Source of the DNA: a virus
Taxonomy: Duplodnaviria; Caudoviricetes
Reading direction: 5' to 3' (one strand)
Length of the DNA stretch: 64,000 nucleotides
Virus record (IMG/VR): IMGVR_UViG_3300023070_000002
Span: 1 to 64,000 of that record
Of this stretch, positions 17,114 to 28,235 are shown piece by piece (the stretch's first letter is position 1; each line of letters begins with the position of its first letter). The notes under the pieces are model-generated. The model made no database searches, was not told the DNA's origin, and worked only from the letters and a program-made list of their open reading frames with translations. Both the position numbers and the translations under genes were made by a program.

Positions 17114-17839
17114 TCACAATGAAGTTATTAAAAAGTTCGCTATAACTGAATCTCCCACCGCGTTCGGATGGAGTCCGTCAACGTCGAAGTATGTCGCATC
17201 CAGCCCGTTCATTGCTGCGTATACATTTCTGTACAAACAACCGTTTTCACTTGCAACATCCTCGGTTACTTTTACATAAGATAATGCCCGGGCTGCGTCT
17301 GCTGCAACAGAAGTTCCGCAGGCGCCAACATAAGCGTTCCATGAATATGGCTGATAAGGGGCAAGAAGAATAACCCGGCTGGGCGGCCACCCATAAGTTG
17401 ATATTGCACTTGTTACGGCCGTCGTATAGGCTGTTTTAAATTCTGCTGGTGTTGATCCTGCACCCCCGGAGTTCCATCCTATATCATTTTCGCCTAAAGA
17501 AATAAATAGTGCCGAGTGTGTTGACGGATTGTAGGCTGGAATCGTAGCCGGATTAAAGACAACAATCCCGCAGGAATTACTCATAGTTTGCCCGTCAATG
17601 CCCATATTGAGTTCTGTGGCGTATTTTGCGTGGCAAAATACACTAGTCCATTTCTGGTTACCAAGGTTAACAGGCAGCACTCCCCGGGTAATAGAATTGC
17701 CAATAAATACACAGGTTTTATCACAGAAATTAATCCCCGAAGCTCCAATACACGGGCTCCCAACCGTTCCAATTACTATGTTTTGGCTTTTTGCTGAAAA
17801 AGAGATTATAAAAATAAGTATGGCGAGTAGGTATCTCAT
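17114..17839 (-). CDS. exported SGNH/GDSL esterase
   Basis: FIGNSIT (block I), GIDG (II), LGEND (III), DGLHP (V). Signal peptide MRYLLAILIFIISFSAKS-Q. Start moved to ATG 17839, which forms an ATGA overlap. Confidence 0.85.
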   Translation of the reverse strand: MRYLLAILIFIISFSAKSQNIVIGTVGSPCIGASGINFCDKTCVFIGNSITRGVLPVNLGNQKWTSVFCHAKYATELNMGIDGQTMSNSCGIVVFNPATIPAYNPSTHSALFISLGENDIGWNSGGAGSTPAEFKTAYTTAVTSAISTYGWPPSRVILLAPYQPYSWNAYVGACGTSVAADAARALSYVKVTEDVASENGCLYRNVYAAMNGLDATYFDVDGLHPNAVGDSVIANFLITSL

Positions 17840-20364
17840 AAACCGTATTGCTGAGGGTAGTAACATTTTCCTGACACGAAAACATTCAGGTTTAAATAAA
17901 AGGTTGCGGTACTGGTTGTGCCGAAGGTGTGTCTGGTTGTCCACGTGTTGCCATCTGGTGATGTTTGGATTGTAAATAAATTACCCGTCCTGTTTAACAT
18001 TACATAATCACCAACTGAAAGAATATATCCTGTGGGAGCCGGTGTGCCGTTAGTAACTGAATATACATCACCACCCGGATCGAGGTACATGCCATATTCA
18101 TAATGTGTATAATCCTCATTTACGTTCGAGGAATTAAACCCTATTATTATACTTTCACCGTCACTTGCCTGATATTTTATACGGTAACTTCCATCGCCTG
18201 TGAGTGTCTTTGAATCAAGCCCGTATTGATCCCAAAGTGTCCCTCCTACAGGAGTCCAGACATTTGAGGTTACGGCTATATTATATCGGGTTGTAAATGT
18301 TAAATCCTTCCAGCCTGTGTTTTGGCCGGTTATTCTGTAGTTACTTCTATAATTATATGCCTTGATTGTTATCCTGTCCAGGGTATCAAATGCAGGCCAT
18401 ATCTGAACGCGGCCAATTGTTGTGTCAACCCTTATTCCATAGGTCGTGTCCGGTTGCATCAATAACCCGTTTCGATAAAGTTCTATGTGCTTCCCTATAA
18501 AACCAGTATTTGTAATTGTTGAATCCCCTATTTCAGGGTAAGATGGCTGCCCAACTATAAAATTCATCGTTCCCGTACTGTCAGTTCTGCTTGGAGTTGT
18601 AAGAATAAAATTATTACCGGATACCCACGTTACTACCTGACCTGTAACACCCCCTGTCGTATTAATGTTGCCAGCCTGTCTCCTTCCGACATTACCATGT
18701 ATTGGATCCCATACTAATGCGCTGTCGGTAACTGCACCGGCTTGAACACTATCAATAATAAATCTGCCCAAGTGTGGTCTGGCTATAATTGAATCCGGAT
18801 ACACATAAAAGTCGGAAGCTGCGCCTGTTTTGAATGTTTGGAAACTATTGTAAGCCCCGATAGATTGAATATCCGATATGTTGTCGCCAACCGTAGTTCT
18901 GAACAGCATTCCGCTTGATGCGGCAATATTAAATTCTCCATTATTATCAAATGTCAGATCATTGCCATCGCCGTCTACTGTTCTGTTCCCTGTTAATGTT
19001 CCGTCTGTATTATAGATGTTGGCAATCCCACTTTTCAATGTTTTAACCAATCTGCCAGATGGAGTAATTCCTACCATATAGGTGGTTGTATCGGTAAGCG
19101 ACAGGTTTTTTGCTCGTATATCTCCTGCTGTATTGTTTAACAATAAAGAGTCGTACAAACTTAACGAAGACATTGCACCTGAAGTTATTGAACCCCGTAA
19201 AAGCATATTATCCCCGGCATCATGCTGTACCTGTCCTGATACTGAAGATGTCCATTGCCCAACATCGGTAATATCGAAATCGAACCCGCCGCCGTTAACT
19301 GACCTATTAGCTGTAAATATGCCATTACTATTGTATATGTTAGGCAATCCGCTCTTTAGTGTTTTTACCAACTTCCCATCTACACTAATACCTGTTATGT
19401 ATTGTGTTGTATCGGATATTGGCAAAGTATTTATTCTTAAATCAGGTGTATTAAGATTAATCCGGTCAGCAGTAACACTAAATTGTCCAACATCGGAAAA
19501 GTTTATGTCGTTTCCCCCGGCATTAATATCAGTAGCATCAAGCAATGTCCCGCCCCATTGAATATTGTTTCCTGTCTTTGTTAGACCATTATCGGCGGTT
19601 ATTCCCCCTCCGATCAAAGAATCGACTACAAACCGTCTTGTTACTAAAGAATTGGGGGTAAATAATGATCCGGGATATATAATCCGTCTTGTTGTTGATG
19701 TGGAATCGGCGGTTATAAAAAGAGTATTATTATTATTATTAAACCGGATTGGTGATGCAAAAACATCAAATTTTGCCAAGTCAGTAAATGTTAACCCGTA
19801 TGTCTCATCCCCGGTCAGCGTCCTTTCGCTTGTTAAGGTTAAGTTGCTATTACCTATATTAGCTAAATCTTGTTTCAATGCAATAGTGCCTGAACTATCG
19901 GGTAAATTCCAACGTCTTGTTCCCGATAATGGATTAGGAGTAAGGTAGGCAGGAATTGTAGATTGTACAAATGTTAAGGTATCTGGCCTCATTTGCAACT
20001 CATCGCTCCCTTTATATACCAGTATCATATTATTGGTAGTATTGCCAATATCAGTCACCTGTTGCAGGTTTTGTGATCCACCACCACCAGAGCCGCTTCC
20101 AAGCTTAATCCACTTGTTTGCATTTATTGACCTGATCCAAATGGAAGTGTCGCCGCTGGTAAATATTTGTGCTCCCGGGTATTGCCTTATTCTTTCGAGG
20201 TTGGCCGCTGTGGTATCTGCATAAACATAATTAATGATACGCCCCTTTAAACCACCCCTGCTCGTAACTAATGTTGAGTCTGCGCCTAATGATTGACTTA
20301 TTGGGTATTGACCCGATGCGTTTAAAAATATGAAAAACAATACAAAAGATAAAACCAGCTTCAT
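17836..20364 (-). CDS. tail-fibre-like protein with a Sec signal peptide and many D-S/T sequons
   Basis: G/T/N-rich beta-type sequence with internal repeats, located between tail and lysis genes. Signal peptide MKLVLSFVLFFIFLNASG-Q. Start moved to ATG 20364. Confidence 0.7.
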   Translation of the reverse strand: MKLVLSFVLFFIFLNASGQYPISQSLGADSTLVTSRGGLKGRIINYVYADTTAANLERIRQYPGAQIFTSGDTSIWIRSINANKWIKLGSGSGGGGSQNLQQVTDIGNTTNNMILVYKGSDELQMRPDTLTFVQSTIPAYLTPNPLSGTRRWNLPDSSGTIALKQDLANIGNSNLTLTSERTLTGDETYGLTFTDLAKFDVFASPIRFNNNNNTLFITADSTSTTRRIIYPGSLFTPNSLVTRRFVVDSLIGGGITADNGLTKTGNNIQWGGTLLDATDINAGGNDINFSDVGQFSVTADRINLNTPDLRINTLPISDTTQYITGISVDGKLVKTLKSGLPNIYNSNGIFTANRSVNGGGFDFDITDVGQWTSSVSGQVQHDAGDNMLLRGSITSGAMSSLSLYDSLLLNNTAGDIRAKNLSLTDTTTYMVGITPSGRLVKTLKSGIANIYNTDGTLTGNRTVDGDGNDLTFDNNGEFNIAASSGMLFRTTVGDNISDIQSIGAYNSFQTFKTGAASDFYVYPDSIIARPHLGRFIIDSVQAGAVTDSALVWDPIHGNVGRRQAGNINTTGGVTGQVVTWVSGNNFILTTPSRTDSTGTMNFIVGQPSYPEIGDSTITNTGFIGKHIELYRNGLLMQPDTTYGIRVDTTIGRVQIWPAFDTLDRITIKAYNYRSNYRITGQNTGWKDLTFTTRYNIAVTSNVWTPVGGTLWDQYGLDSKTLTGDGSYRIKYQASDGESIIIGFNSSNVNEDYTHYEYGMYLDPGGDVYSVTNGTPAPTGYILSVGDYVMLNRTGNLFTIQTSPDGNTWTTRHTFGTTSTATFYLNLNVFVSGKCYYPQQYGL

Positions 20365-20366
20365 AA

Positions 20367-20615
20367 TTAACAACAATTTGATTTAGTATATAAAATAATT
20401 AATTTATTATTTGTAACCCATGTACCTATTTGAATGGTTATTGTTCCTGTTGTACTGTCAAATACGTAATCCGGGGAAGGCTCCAAGTCGTTTTGCGGTA
20501 CGTTGTCGATGATTATTAAATGCACAATTGCATTACGTATAATCTCACTGGTAAAATAATTAGTCCCTAATAATGGTCCTCCGGGGAAACCCGCCACAAC
20601 TTTAAGCGAAGTCAT
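20367..20615 (-). CDS. small tail-associated beta-module protein
   Basis: Resembles a module in both neighbouring genes. Confidence 0.55.
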   Translation of the reverse strand: MTSLKVVAGFPGGPLLGTNYFTSEIIRNAIVHLIIIDNVPQNDLEPSPDYVFDSTTGTITIQIGTWVTNNKLIILYTKSNCC

Positions 20616-20657
20616 TAATGTCGAATTTTATTTGTTTAAAATGGTTAAAAAGTTTCT

Positions 20658-21227
20658 TTATAATTGAGGATATATTTGGAATATTTCGCCTACTTGTGCC
20701 GGGCTTTCCGGGTACGTAGGGCTGTTTACATCATCTGACAAGAACGACATAATCCCATTTACTTTGTCCCAAGAATAATACGATGCGCCGTTTGGTACTA
20801 CTGACTGAGTTATTCCATTTCTTACAAACAAAACATTATACCCTATAAACAATGGTATGTGTACGTCAGGAGACCCATCGCTAACAAATGAACTACTACT
20901 AACAATAAAATCGTAAGGGGCTGGATAACCACCCGGATTTATTGGGGTAACTGTTCCGCCACCTGCTTGTCCAGAAATCGCTTGCGCCTCCTGCCCCCAC
21001 ATGTTCGTTAGCCAAATGAGATAATTTGCCGTTGCTCGTAATGATTCATTAGTTTGTGCGCCCCCGTCATATCCAAACCTCAAAGCATCCGTAACCATAG
21101 CTATTGTAACGGCAGATACCGGCGCTTTCGTCCCCCCAAATAAAGTACCACGACTATTATAATTAGCCGCCAAATACGTACTTATGTCGCCGCGTATTGT
21201 TGTTTCTGGTACTGTTGGATATGCCAT
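20658..21227 (-). CDS. putative tail-fibre attachment/adapter protein
   Basis: Helical N-terminus, GGG linker, C-terminal beta module; start moved to MAYPTV. Confidence 0.5.
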   Translation of the reverse strand: MAYPTVPETTIRGDISTYLAANYNSRGTLFGGTKAPVSAVTIAMVTDALRFGYDGGAQTNESLRATANYLIWLTNMWGQEAQAISGQAGGGTVTPINPGGYPAPYDFIVSSSSFVSDGSPDVHIPLFIGYNVLFVRNGITQSVVPNGASYYSWDKVNGIMSFLSDDVNSPTYPESPAQVGEIFQIYPQL

Positions 21228-21228
21228 T

Positions 21229-21738
21229 TTAGAAAAATACATTTTGGTTTTGCTGCATCCATATTTCACGATCAAAACAGGCTTGTGCCGCAGATAAATC
21301 GCTACCGTATGTTATCGCATTGATACCGGCAATTAAGTTTGTCCAAAATATCGCCAGATTGCCCGAATAATTTGTGTCTTGATAAATTCCGGGAGTTAGC
21401 CCCTGCAACCCTATGAGATAGTAAAAAAACTGCATCCCAAATTGACACAGTGCAAAAGTGTTCTCCACTTCATCAACCACTACATTAGTTACCGTCAGCC
21501 ATTGAACTTTAATGAGTGCCGCCGTGTCGTTTACTAAAATATCCAACGTAATTGAGGATTGAGCAAGCGGCCATTCTGTGTAGTTTACCGTCCCGTCCCC
21601 GGTCAAGTATGTGCCATCGCTTTGGGAAACAAAGACGCGCCGTTGAGTGATTGTCCCGCTTAACCCGGTCGAATCATCCGTAATGGTGACATTAGCCGGA
21701 GTACTTGCGCTTTGACTAACTTGGAAGGATGCGGGCAT
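21229..21738 (-). CDS. putative tail structural protein
   Basis: 169 aa, beta-rich; first gene after a likely promoter. Confidence 0.5.
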   Translation of the reverse strand: MPASFQVSQSASTPANVTITDDSTGLSGTITQRRVFVSQSDGTYLTGDGTVNYTEWPLAQSSITLDILVNDTAALIKVQWLTVTNVVVDEVENTFALCQFGMQFFYYLIGLQGLTPGIYQDTNYSGNLAIFWTNLIAGINAITYGSDLSAAQACFDREIWMQQNQNVFF

Positions 21739-21813
21739 TTTTTAAGGTTTATCGAAATTAAGTTAATTACCTTGAAAATTCTTTATCAAATGAGGTTATT
21801 TTTTTACAAACTT

Positions 21814-24800
21814 TTATTCTTCCATACCAAAAAGTTCTTTTTTGGCTTCCCGTCTGGCTTGTTGCTTTACCTCTTTTTCAAAGTCCTCACGTTGTTTTTT
21901 GTCCAGTTTTTTAACTAAAATAGTGTCCCATGTGCCTGCCTCTGCATCGCTTGTAGTCCCTTTGGAGAGGTGTATTTCCCCACTAGCGTCTACATATATA
22001 AAATCATTTTTGTATAGATTAAGCAAGTCTTCCATCTTTTTTTCGCTCAACTTTATAAACTCCTCATTTTCTTTTTTTGTAGCTTGCCTTTTTTTGAATG
22101 TTACCGGGTCTTTTATGTCAAATGTCTTTGCCTCTTTAGCCGCATAGGTTTGTGTGCCTACACCAAACGCATTAGGCACTGTAACAGTAAATAGAGATTT
22201 CCAGCCCTGATCTTTTATTGACTCATCCATGCCTGAGAATGTCAGTGGAGTAAGGTGTTGCAACAAATATTTCCCCATACCAACCTCCCCGTCATCACCC
22301 TTCCATTTTGTGGTTAGTTTATCGCCTGTTGTTGTTTTGCCATCCAAAATATCCCACATTACTGAAGCTACGGGAGCTGACTTGCCGCGTAAAAAGCTAC
22401 TAAGCGCCGTAAGCCTTGTGCCTGCAAATGGGGTTTTACCATCCATATTAATTATAGCCCCACTGGTGGAAGACTTCTTTTGCCCCGTAATTAACATAGC
22501 TGCCAGCCTTATGTACTGCTGATGCCCACCCCAAATATCCCACCGGGTATTCCCTGACTTTATTTTACCAAAATCCGGGCTTCGCGGATCGTCTTCAGTT
22601 TCGGCACCTCCCGCTTTTGCTAAGGCAAGGATGGTCAGCCCTACACCAGCCGTAGCTAATAAACTTTTAAAATAATCTAACCTTACTTCTTTTGGAAGGC
22701 TTTTGTAAAACCTTGGTTGCGCCAGATAGGTTAATGTATTGATCCTAGAAGCCATTAGTCTGGGAGAAAAGAACAGCCCACTAAGCAACGGGGTTGCCTG
22801 ATTCATTGTTTCTCCCAAATCTCCACGACCAGTTATATTGTTTATGTAAGATGCAAGCTCTTTATATTCCGTTTTGCTATTTTCAAAATTTCTACCGTCT
22901 TTTTGCATTAAGGCAGTAAAGTTATTAAACAAGTCTGCCCTCATTTTATTCAGGAACATGGAATACGCCCTTTCGCTACCTTTAATCAGTCGCCCCAATA
23001 ATGGTATTCTTTGCGGCAGGTTGCTCATATACGCTTCTTCTTTCTGGCTTAAATGGGGGTTGTCTTTGTCAGTTATGGCAAGTCCAGACTCTTTCATCAA
23101 TTCATAATTAGGGCTTTCCTTCAGGTTTTCAAACCACCTGTTATAAGCCTTTTCGCTAAAAGAAGCCTGAAACATTTTTCCAAATGCTTTCGTTCCAATT
23201 ATGGGATGCCCCAATACTGCAAACAACCCTTGTCTTAAGGGCGCTGAATAGTCAACAGAAGCCATTAGGGTACGAGGTATGTTTAGGATATTGGCGGCTT
23301 CGTTTTGTGCCTTATTTATGGCTGAAGAATTTTTGTACTCTTCCTGAAGTATTCTTTTCTCCCGCTCATTTTTTAATGCAATAAGTTTGTCTTGCAACGC
23401 TCTCGCTTCTTTGTCAAGAACAACCGGCTTTGGCGGTTCTTTTTCAAAATCCCCTGACTTTAATTGTTCTTCAAGTTTTTCAATCTGGGATTTCACCTGC
23501 TTTTTATAATCTGCCAGTTTTGACAAGTCGTGCTCTTTGACCTGCTTTTTTAGCGCCTCAATGTCCTGATTACGTTTTATTTTTTCCTTCTCTGAAGATG
23601 GCTCTTTCCCGGCATTAAGTTCTTCTAGTTTGTTAATCAGTTTAGCTTCTGTTCTTAAATCCCGCAATTTGGCAGCCAACTCATTTCGTGTCTTCTTCTT
23701 TTCATTGTATTCCCCTGCAATAATATCCAGCACATCTTTTTCAGTAATGTCCTTTATTTCTTCTTTTAAAACACCGTGAACTTCTTTTACAATGTCTGAC
23801 AATTTAGTTACACCTTCTTCAACTAGGTTTTTTACAAGTTTAGCTACGTCCGGAGCAATCGCAAACAGTTCTTTTGCATAGGGAATAACTGTTACCTGCG
23901 TATCTTTTCTGGCTTTTGCTAATTTTTCCTTTATAGAAGACAGTATTTCTTTCCTTTCTGAAACGAAATCGCTGTGCGTCTTCCTAGACCTTTTGGGCGC
24001 ATCTTTTTTTATGGTTGCTTCGGCCTTTAATCTGGCATTTTCTGCCTCCAGCTTAGCAATTTTAGCGTCATATTTTTCTTGCGCTTCACTAATATTTTCA
24101 TATTCCTTCTTGACTGTTTCTTTCTGGTTTTCTGTAAGCGGTGCGTCTTTGTTGGCCTCTATTTCTCTGAGCAAGTAATCAGCCAGTGTTTCTTCTACTG
24201 GCAATAACCCTTTTCTGGCTACCAGACTTTTACCAATCGCCCTTCCGGCTATATCACTTATACTTCTGGCTCGTTTAAATTCACTTAACAACTCATCGGT
24301 TGGGTTCTTATTGATTTTTGCTTTAAGGTTAGCTATATACCTTAACATCATCCGCTGATCTATCGGGTCATCAGTCTTGCCCTCGCGTAACCGGTTCAAC
24401 ATTTTTGCTACTGCGTTCGGGTCTTTTGCGAGTCTTTCATTTACTTGCTCATCCCACCCCTTAACCGTTTCAGGGTCTTTTTCGTAATCTGGCAACCCTA
24501 ATTCTTTAGCTGTTTTATTCATTTCAGCATGGGTAATACCTATTAGTTCACTTCCTTCAGTTAAGGGTTTTGTTTCTCCGGGCGCTGCTGTTGGCGGTTC
24601 TTTTGCACCTCCTTCTGTTGCTGCTTCGCTATTTTTATCAGGTTCTGAAGTTGAAGGGCTGACTTCTTCTGCGGGGATTGGTTCATTGTTTTTAACTGGC
24701 TCTTGGATATTTTCATTCTTTGATTGATCTTTTACTGAATTATTTTTCCATAAATTATCCCCCTCCAGCGTTGTAGTGTCTGTTTTTTTAACCTTGCCTA

Positions 24801-27800
24801 CATTCTTATCCACGTAATCGTAGATGGCTTTTGCGAGTCCGATATTTTTGGTTTTTGATTTTACATCAGATCCTAATGCAATTGAATACGAATTGTCGCC
24901 GTTGTTTTCAAAAGTAGCAGATGAAACAACATCTCCATCCCCTGATTTAACTTCAACTACTACTTGTCCGTTTTCTCCCTTTGAACTTGATATGTAATAT
25001 TGATCCCCGTTTTTGGCTATAAATGATTCCCCGTTTTCTGAACCATTAAACTCAGTACCCCTGTTATTCCAAACTTCCCCTTTTTTATTTTTCTCTTTCT
25101 TCCAGTCGTTCCAACTTGGTACTTGGGCTTCTGTCTTTCCTTGTGAAGGTTCATTCCCATTATCCAGTTCTCTTTGTTGGTCTATGGTTGGTATGTTTAC
25201 CTCAAACTCAGGTTGCGATTGTTCAGGTGGTTTATACCCTTCAGGTAATTCCGGGTCAAGTTCTATTGGTTCAGATATTTTTTCTTTCCCCTCAGTCGCT
25301 TTATCAATTTCCTTTTCCCACCTTTTATTTGCTACCTCTATCAATGTTTGCGGATACGCTTCCCGTGCTGCTTTACTTGAATTTCCTGCTGTGTTTTCTT
25401 TCCATTCCGAATCCAGATTATTTGCTCTTTGAGCAACTTCTTTTATAAATTCTCCTACTTTGGTTGGGTCAAACTTGTTTGTTGGCCTTCCGCTTTCATC
25501 TCTTACAGATAAAAGTTCCATACTTGACTTACCTAATAAGTCATTATCATAAAGTTCTTCAATAAAATTAGTATTAGACATGTCCGGGTTTAACGCCATC
25601 TCTTTTTCAATTTCAATCACTCTTAAATCCCTTTCTTCTTTACGTACTAATGACTGATCAGGGCTGTTTTTAAGCCTGTCTTTTAAAGCCTTTTCCCGTA
25701 ATGATAAGACCATAAATTTACCGGCTGCTTCCGCGGGGACTCCCTTTGTCTCTAAGACTTCATTCAGGGATTCCAAGTGTTCAATATTGGCTAGTTTTTC
25801 TTTAGCAGATTGTGGATTAGTTAAGGCTTCCTGATTAACAAGTTCCCTGTACTTATCCCCGTTATTAGCTATTTCAAGATAGGTACGTCCTAAATTCTCC
25901 TTGGACACCGGCAATTTACCAACTGCACCAGCTAAAGATAAAAATGTGGGCGTAAGAAAGTTTGTTTTATAATTTGTGATCGCGTCAGTAACCTCATCGG
26001 CAATATTAAATTTTCTTTGCCCGAATGCGGCGTCGAGTGCATTATGTGCAGTAGTAAACGCTGTTAGTACGCCCCCGGTCTTGGCGTTTTCTTTAACCGT
26101 ATTGCTGAGCAAGGAAAATAACTTATCTCCCAAGTTGCTTTTTGCAGTGGCTTCAGTTATTTTTTTATTTGCCAAGTCGTCGATAGTTGAGACAATTTCT
26201 TCGGAAAACAATTTTTTGATGCCTTCCGCCGCCTTTTTAGTTGGCAATGCCTCCCCTAATGTCATATCAATTCCGGTTGATAATAGCGTGTACAGGTTTT
26301 GCTTGCCTATGTCGTTGGGGAACTCCTTTCTTGCTTTGTCTGCATTTTGACCCTCAAACATCAGAGCCATAGTTACCGCTTGCGGGATTCTTAACTCTCC
26401 GCCCAATATCATCGGAACTGTAAAACCAGCAAATTGACCGCCCTGCTGAATAGTTTTCCTGAAGCCCGTACTTGGAATTACGCTTGGCATATTAGCTTCT
26501 TCTTCTTCCAGTCTTTTTGACCGGTCTTCATTTGTTTCCATTAAGCCTAAGTTCTGGAACAAACTATTCCCTTTAGGGTCTAAAAAACCGCCCCCAACTG
26601 TTTTGTTTAAAATGTCGCGTGCAGAAGACGCCACGTCATTAACCCCTTTATAGATACCATATCCTGCATTATGAACAAGATCGGTTAATGGTATTACTGC
26701 ATCAGAAGCGCCCATAACTGCATAGGGTCGTATCTTCTCATTGTATACGTCATATTCTTGTTGAGTCCAGTCGCCATTATCCAAGAGCATTTTAGCTGCC
26801 TTATCTGTCTTTTTTACGGAAGGATTAGCATACAGCCAGCCAGTCATTTTCTCATCCTCTAGTTTCTGCGCTAATTGTGAGGCTATTTTCTTTTGGGCAT
26901 ACGCCGGGAACTGGTTATACAGGTTGAATTTTTCGTCCCTGTATTGCCGGGCAAACTCAGGATCGGTTTCAGCCAGTTTAATGACGGTTGGATTATTTAA
27001 GAACTCATCCACCCGTAACCCGGCCATTGCTTGCGGCATTTCTTCAAGCCTTTTCCCGTTATATCTTGATGCCATTTCAGGTATAGAGCCGCCCTTTTGA
27101 ATAGCATCCTCTAACGCTCTCATACGTTTCATGGTATTGAACGCAGAGACCTCGGTTACATTATTTTTATCTATATGTTTGGCTATTTCGTCTGCGTCAA
27201 ACTCTTGGATAGGCGTTTGAGATGCACTTAATTTCTGTTCTGAAGCGATCTGTTCTGATAGTCCGGGGATAACCCCGGTTGACTTAGGGGATAACATGGC
27301 GCCCTTTTTTGCTAGGCGTTCCTGAAGATATTGTTCGGCAGCGTCCTTGTTGTCGCCAAACGCATTTTTAATGGTATTAGAATTTTCCTGAAGTGCTTTA
27401 GACACTTTGAATGTATCGAATGCTGTTACCCCGGTTGGCTTACCTGATGTAACGTCTGGGTAAATATATTGTGCAGCCTGCCTTTTTTCTGCATTTAATG
27501 CAGTCCCTAATGGGTCATCATTATCTGGAATGATTATTTTTTTACCACTTATCCATTCGTCAAAGTCTTGCTGGTTTTTGTTTTGGGAGCCGGGACTCTT
27601 CTTATCAGCATATTGCCTTTCCTGGTCTTTATGTAATTGCTGGGCATAGGCAGTCGCGGCTTCCGGTGTTTTAAATATCCCAAGATGCCTGCCAGTTTTT
27701 CTGTAATTGGCAATAGCTTCTTTTTCGGACATTATTCTGCCGTCATCCGAAACCGTTGGTATAAGCACCTCCCCCTTATCAGTGCCTATTGAAATACTCC

Positions 27801-28233
27801 TTACTGTGGAAATTGATCCGTCCTGATTTTTAACTACAGGGCGCTTGTTAAGGTCAATATTCCCTTCCTGAATTAAGTCGCTGCTACCAGCGTCCATCGT
27901 AACAGTAGGTATTCCACCCGAAGTTTTCCCGGTTGGCGTTAATCCTGTAGCCCCGTTGTCCTTTGGTTGTTCTGGAAGTTGCCTGGTTTTGTATTCTCTT
28001 TCCCACCAAGGTTTAGAGGTCATTTTTGCGCTTTGCGACTGGCCATCGGACGTACCAACTGTCCCACCACTTTTTGAAACGGAAGAAAAAAGATTTGATA
28101 AAAATCCAGACTGTTCTTTTTTTTTTGGAATTGGCAATCCTTCGTCATCAAATTCAACATCTGACTTAACTCCCTTAGGGATTGGAAGTCCGTCGTTATC
28201 AAACCTTACCTGATCTAAAGTACCTTTTCCCAT
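21814..28233 (-). CDS. large ejection/internal virion (polyvalent) protein with a GNAT-like domain
   Basis: 2139 aa; largest of three consecutive helical proteins after the tail genes; [14 protein letters not shown]...[12 protein letters not shown]-like segment. Confidence 0.65.
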   Translation of the reverse strand: MGKGTLDQVRFDNDGLPIPKGVKSDVEFDDEGLPIPKKKEQSGFLSNLFSSVSKSGGTVGTSDGQSQSAKMTSKPWWEREYKTRQLPEQPKDNGATGLTPTGKTSGGIPTVTMDAGSSDLIQEGNIDLNKRPVVKNQDGSISTVRSISIGTDKGEVLIPTVSDDGRIMSEKEAIANYRKTGRHLGIFKTPEAATAYAQQLHKDQERQYADKKSPGSQNKNQQDFDEWISGKKIIIPDNDDPLGTALNAEKRQAAQYIYPDVTSGKPTGVTAFDTFKVSKALQENSNTIKNAFGDNKDAAEQYLQERLAKKGAMLSPKSTGVIPGLSEQIASEQKLSASQTPIQEFDADEIAKHIDKNNVTEVSAFNTMKRMRALEDAIQKGGSIPEMASRYNGKRLEEMPQAMAGLRVDEFLNNPTVIKLAETDPEFARQYRDEKFNLYNQFPAYAQKKIASQLAQKLEDEKMTGWLYANPSVKKTDKAAKMLLDNGDWTQQEYDVYNEKIRPYAVMGASDAVIPLTDLVHNAGYGIYKGVNDVASSARDILNKTVGGGFLDPKGNSLFQNLGLMETNEDRSKRLEEEEANMPSVIPSTGFRKTIQQGGQFAGFTVPMILGGELRIPQAVTMALMFEGQNADKARKEFPNDIGKQNLYTLLSTGIDMTLGEALPTKKAAEGIKKLFSEEIVSTIDDLANKKITEATAKSNLGDKLFSLLSNTVKENAKTGGVLTAFTTAHNALDAAFGQRKFNIADEVTDAITNYKTNFLTPTFLSLAGAVGKLPVSKENLGRTYLEIANNGDKYRELVNQEALTNPQSAKEKLANIEHLESLNEVLETKGVPAEAAGKFMVLSLREKALKDRLKNSPDQSLVRKEERDLRVIEIEKEMALNPDMSNTNFIEELYDNDLLGKSSMELLSVRDESGRPTNKFDPTKVGEFIKEVAQRANNLDSEWKENTAGNSSKAAREAYPQTLIEVANKRWEKEIDKATEGKEKISEPIELDPELPEGYKPPEQSQPEFEVNIPTIDQQRELDNGNEPSQGKTEAQVPSWNDWKKEKNKKGEVWNNRGTEFNGSENGESFIAKNGDQYYISSSKGENGQVVVEVKSGDGDVVSSATFENNGDNSYSIALGSDVKSKTKNIGLAKAIYDYVDKNVGKVKKTDTTTLEGDNLWKNNSVKDQSKNENIQEPVKNNEPIPAEEVSPSTSEPDKNSEAATEGGAKEPPTAAPGETKPLTEGSELIGITHAEMNKTAKELGLPDYEKDPETVKGWDEQVNERLAKDPNAVAKMLNRLREGKTDDPIDQRMMLRYIANLKAKINKNPTDELLSEFKRARSISDIAGRAIGKSLVARKGLLPVEETLADYLLREIEANKDAPLTENQKETVKKEYENISEAQEKYDAKIAKLEAENARLKAEATIKKDAPKRSRKTHSDFVSERKEILSSIKEKLAKARKDTQVTVIPYAKELFAIAPDVAKLVKNLVEEGVTKLSDIVKEVHGVLKEEIKDITEKDVLDIIAGEYNEKKKTRNELAAKLRDLRTEAKLINKLEELNAGKEPSSEKEKIKRNQDIEALKKQVKEHDLSKLADYKKQVKSQIEKLEEQLKSGDFEKEPPKPVVLDKEARALQDKLIALKNEREKRILQEEYKNSSAINKAQNEAANILNIPRTLMASVDYSAPLRQGLFAVLGHPIIGTKAFGKMFQASFSEKAYNRWFENLKESPNYELMKESGLAITDKDNPHLSQKEEAYMSNLPQRIPLLGRLIKGSERAYSMFLNKMRADLFNNFTALMQKDGRNFENSKTEYKELASYINNITGRGDLGETMNQATPLLSGLFFSPRLMASRINTLTYLAQPRFYKSLPKEVRLDYFKSLLATAGVGLTILALAKAGGAETEDDPRSPDFGKIKSGNTRWDIWGGHQQYIRLAAMLITGQKKSSTSGAIINMDGKTPFAGTRLTALSSFLRGKSAPVASVMWDILDGKTTTGDKLTTKWKGDDGEVGMGKYLLQHLTPLTFSGMDESIKDQGWKSLFTVTVPNAFGVGTQTYAAKEAKTFDIKDPVTFKKRQATKKENEEFIKLSEKKMEDLLNLYKNDFIYVDASGEIHLSKGTTSDAEAGTWDTILVKKLDKKQREDFEKEVKQQARREAKKELFGMEE

Positions 28234-28235
28234 AG

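Noticed and set aside
21814-28233. Giant protein as a crAss-type virion RNA polymerase
   Set aside because: No DxDGD-type catalytic motif noticed and the sequence is mostly coiled coil; a structure prediction would be needed to exclude it fully
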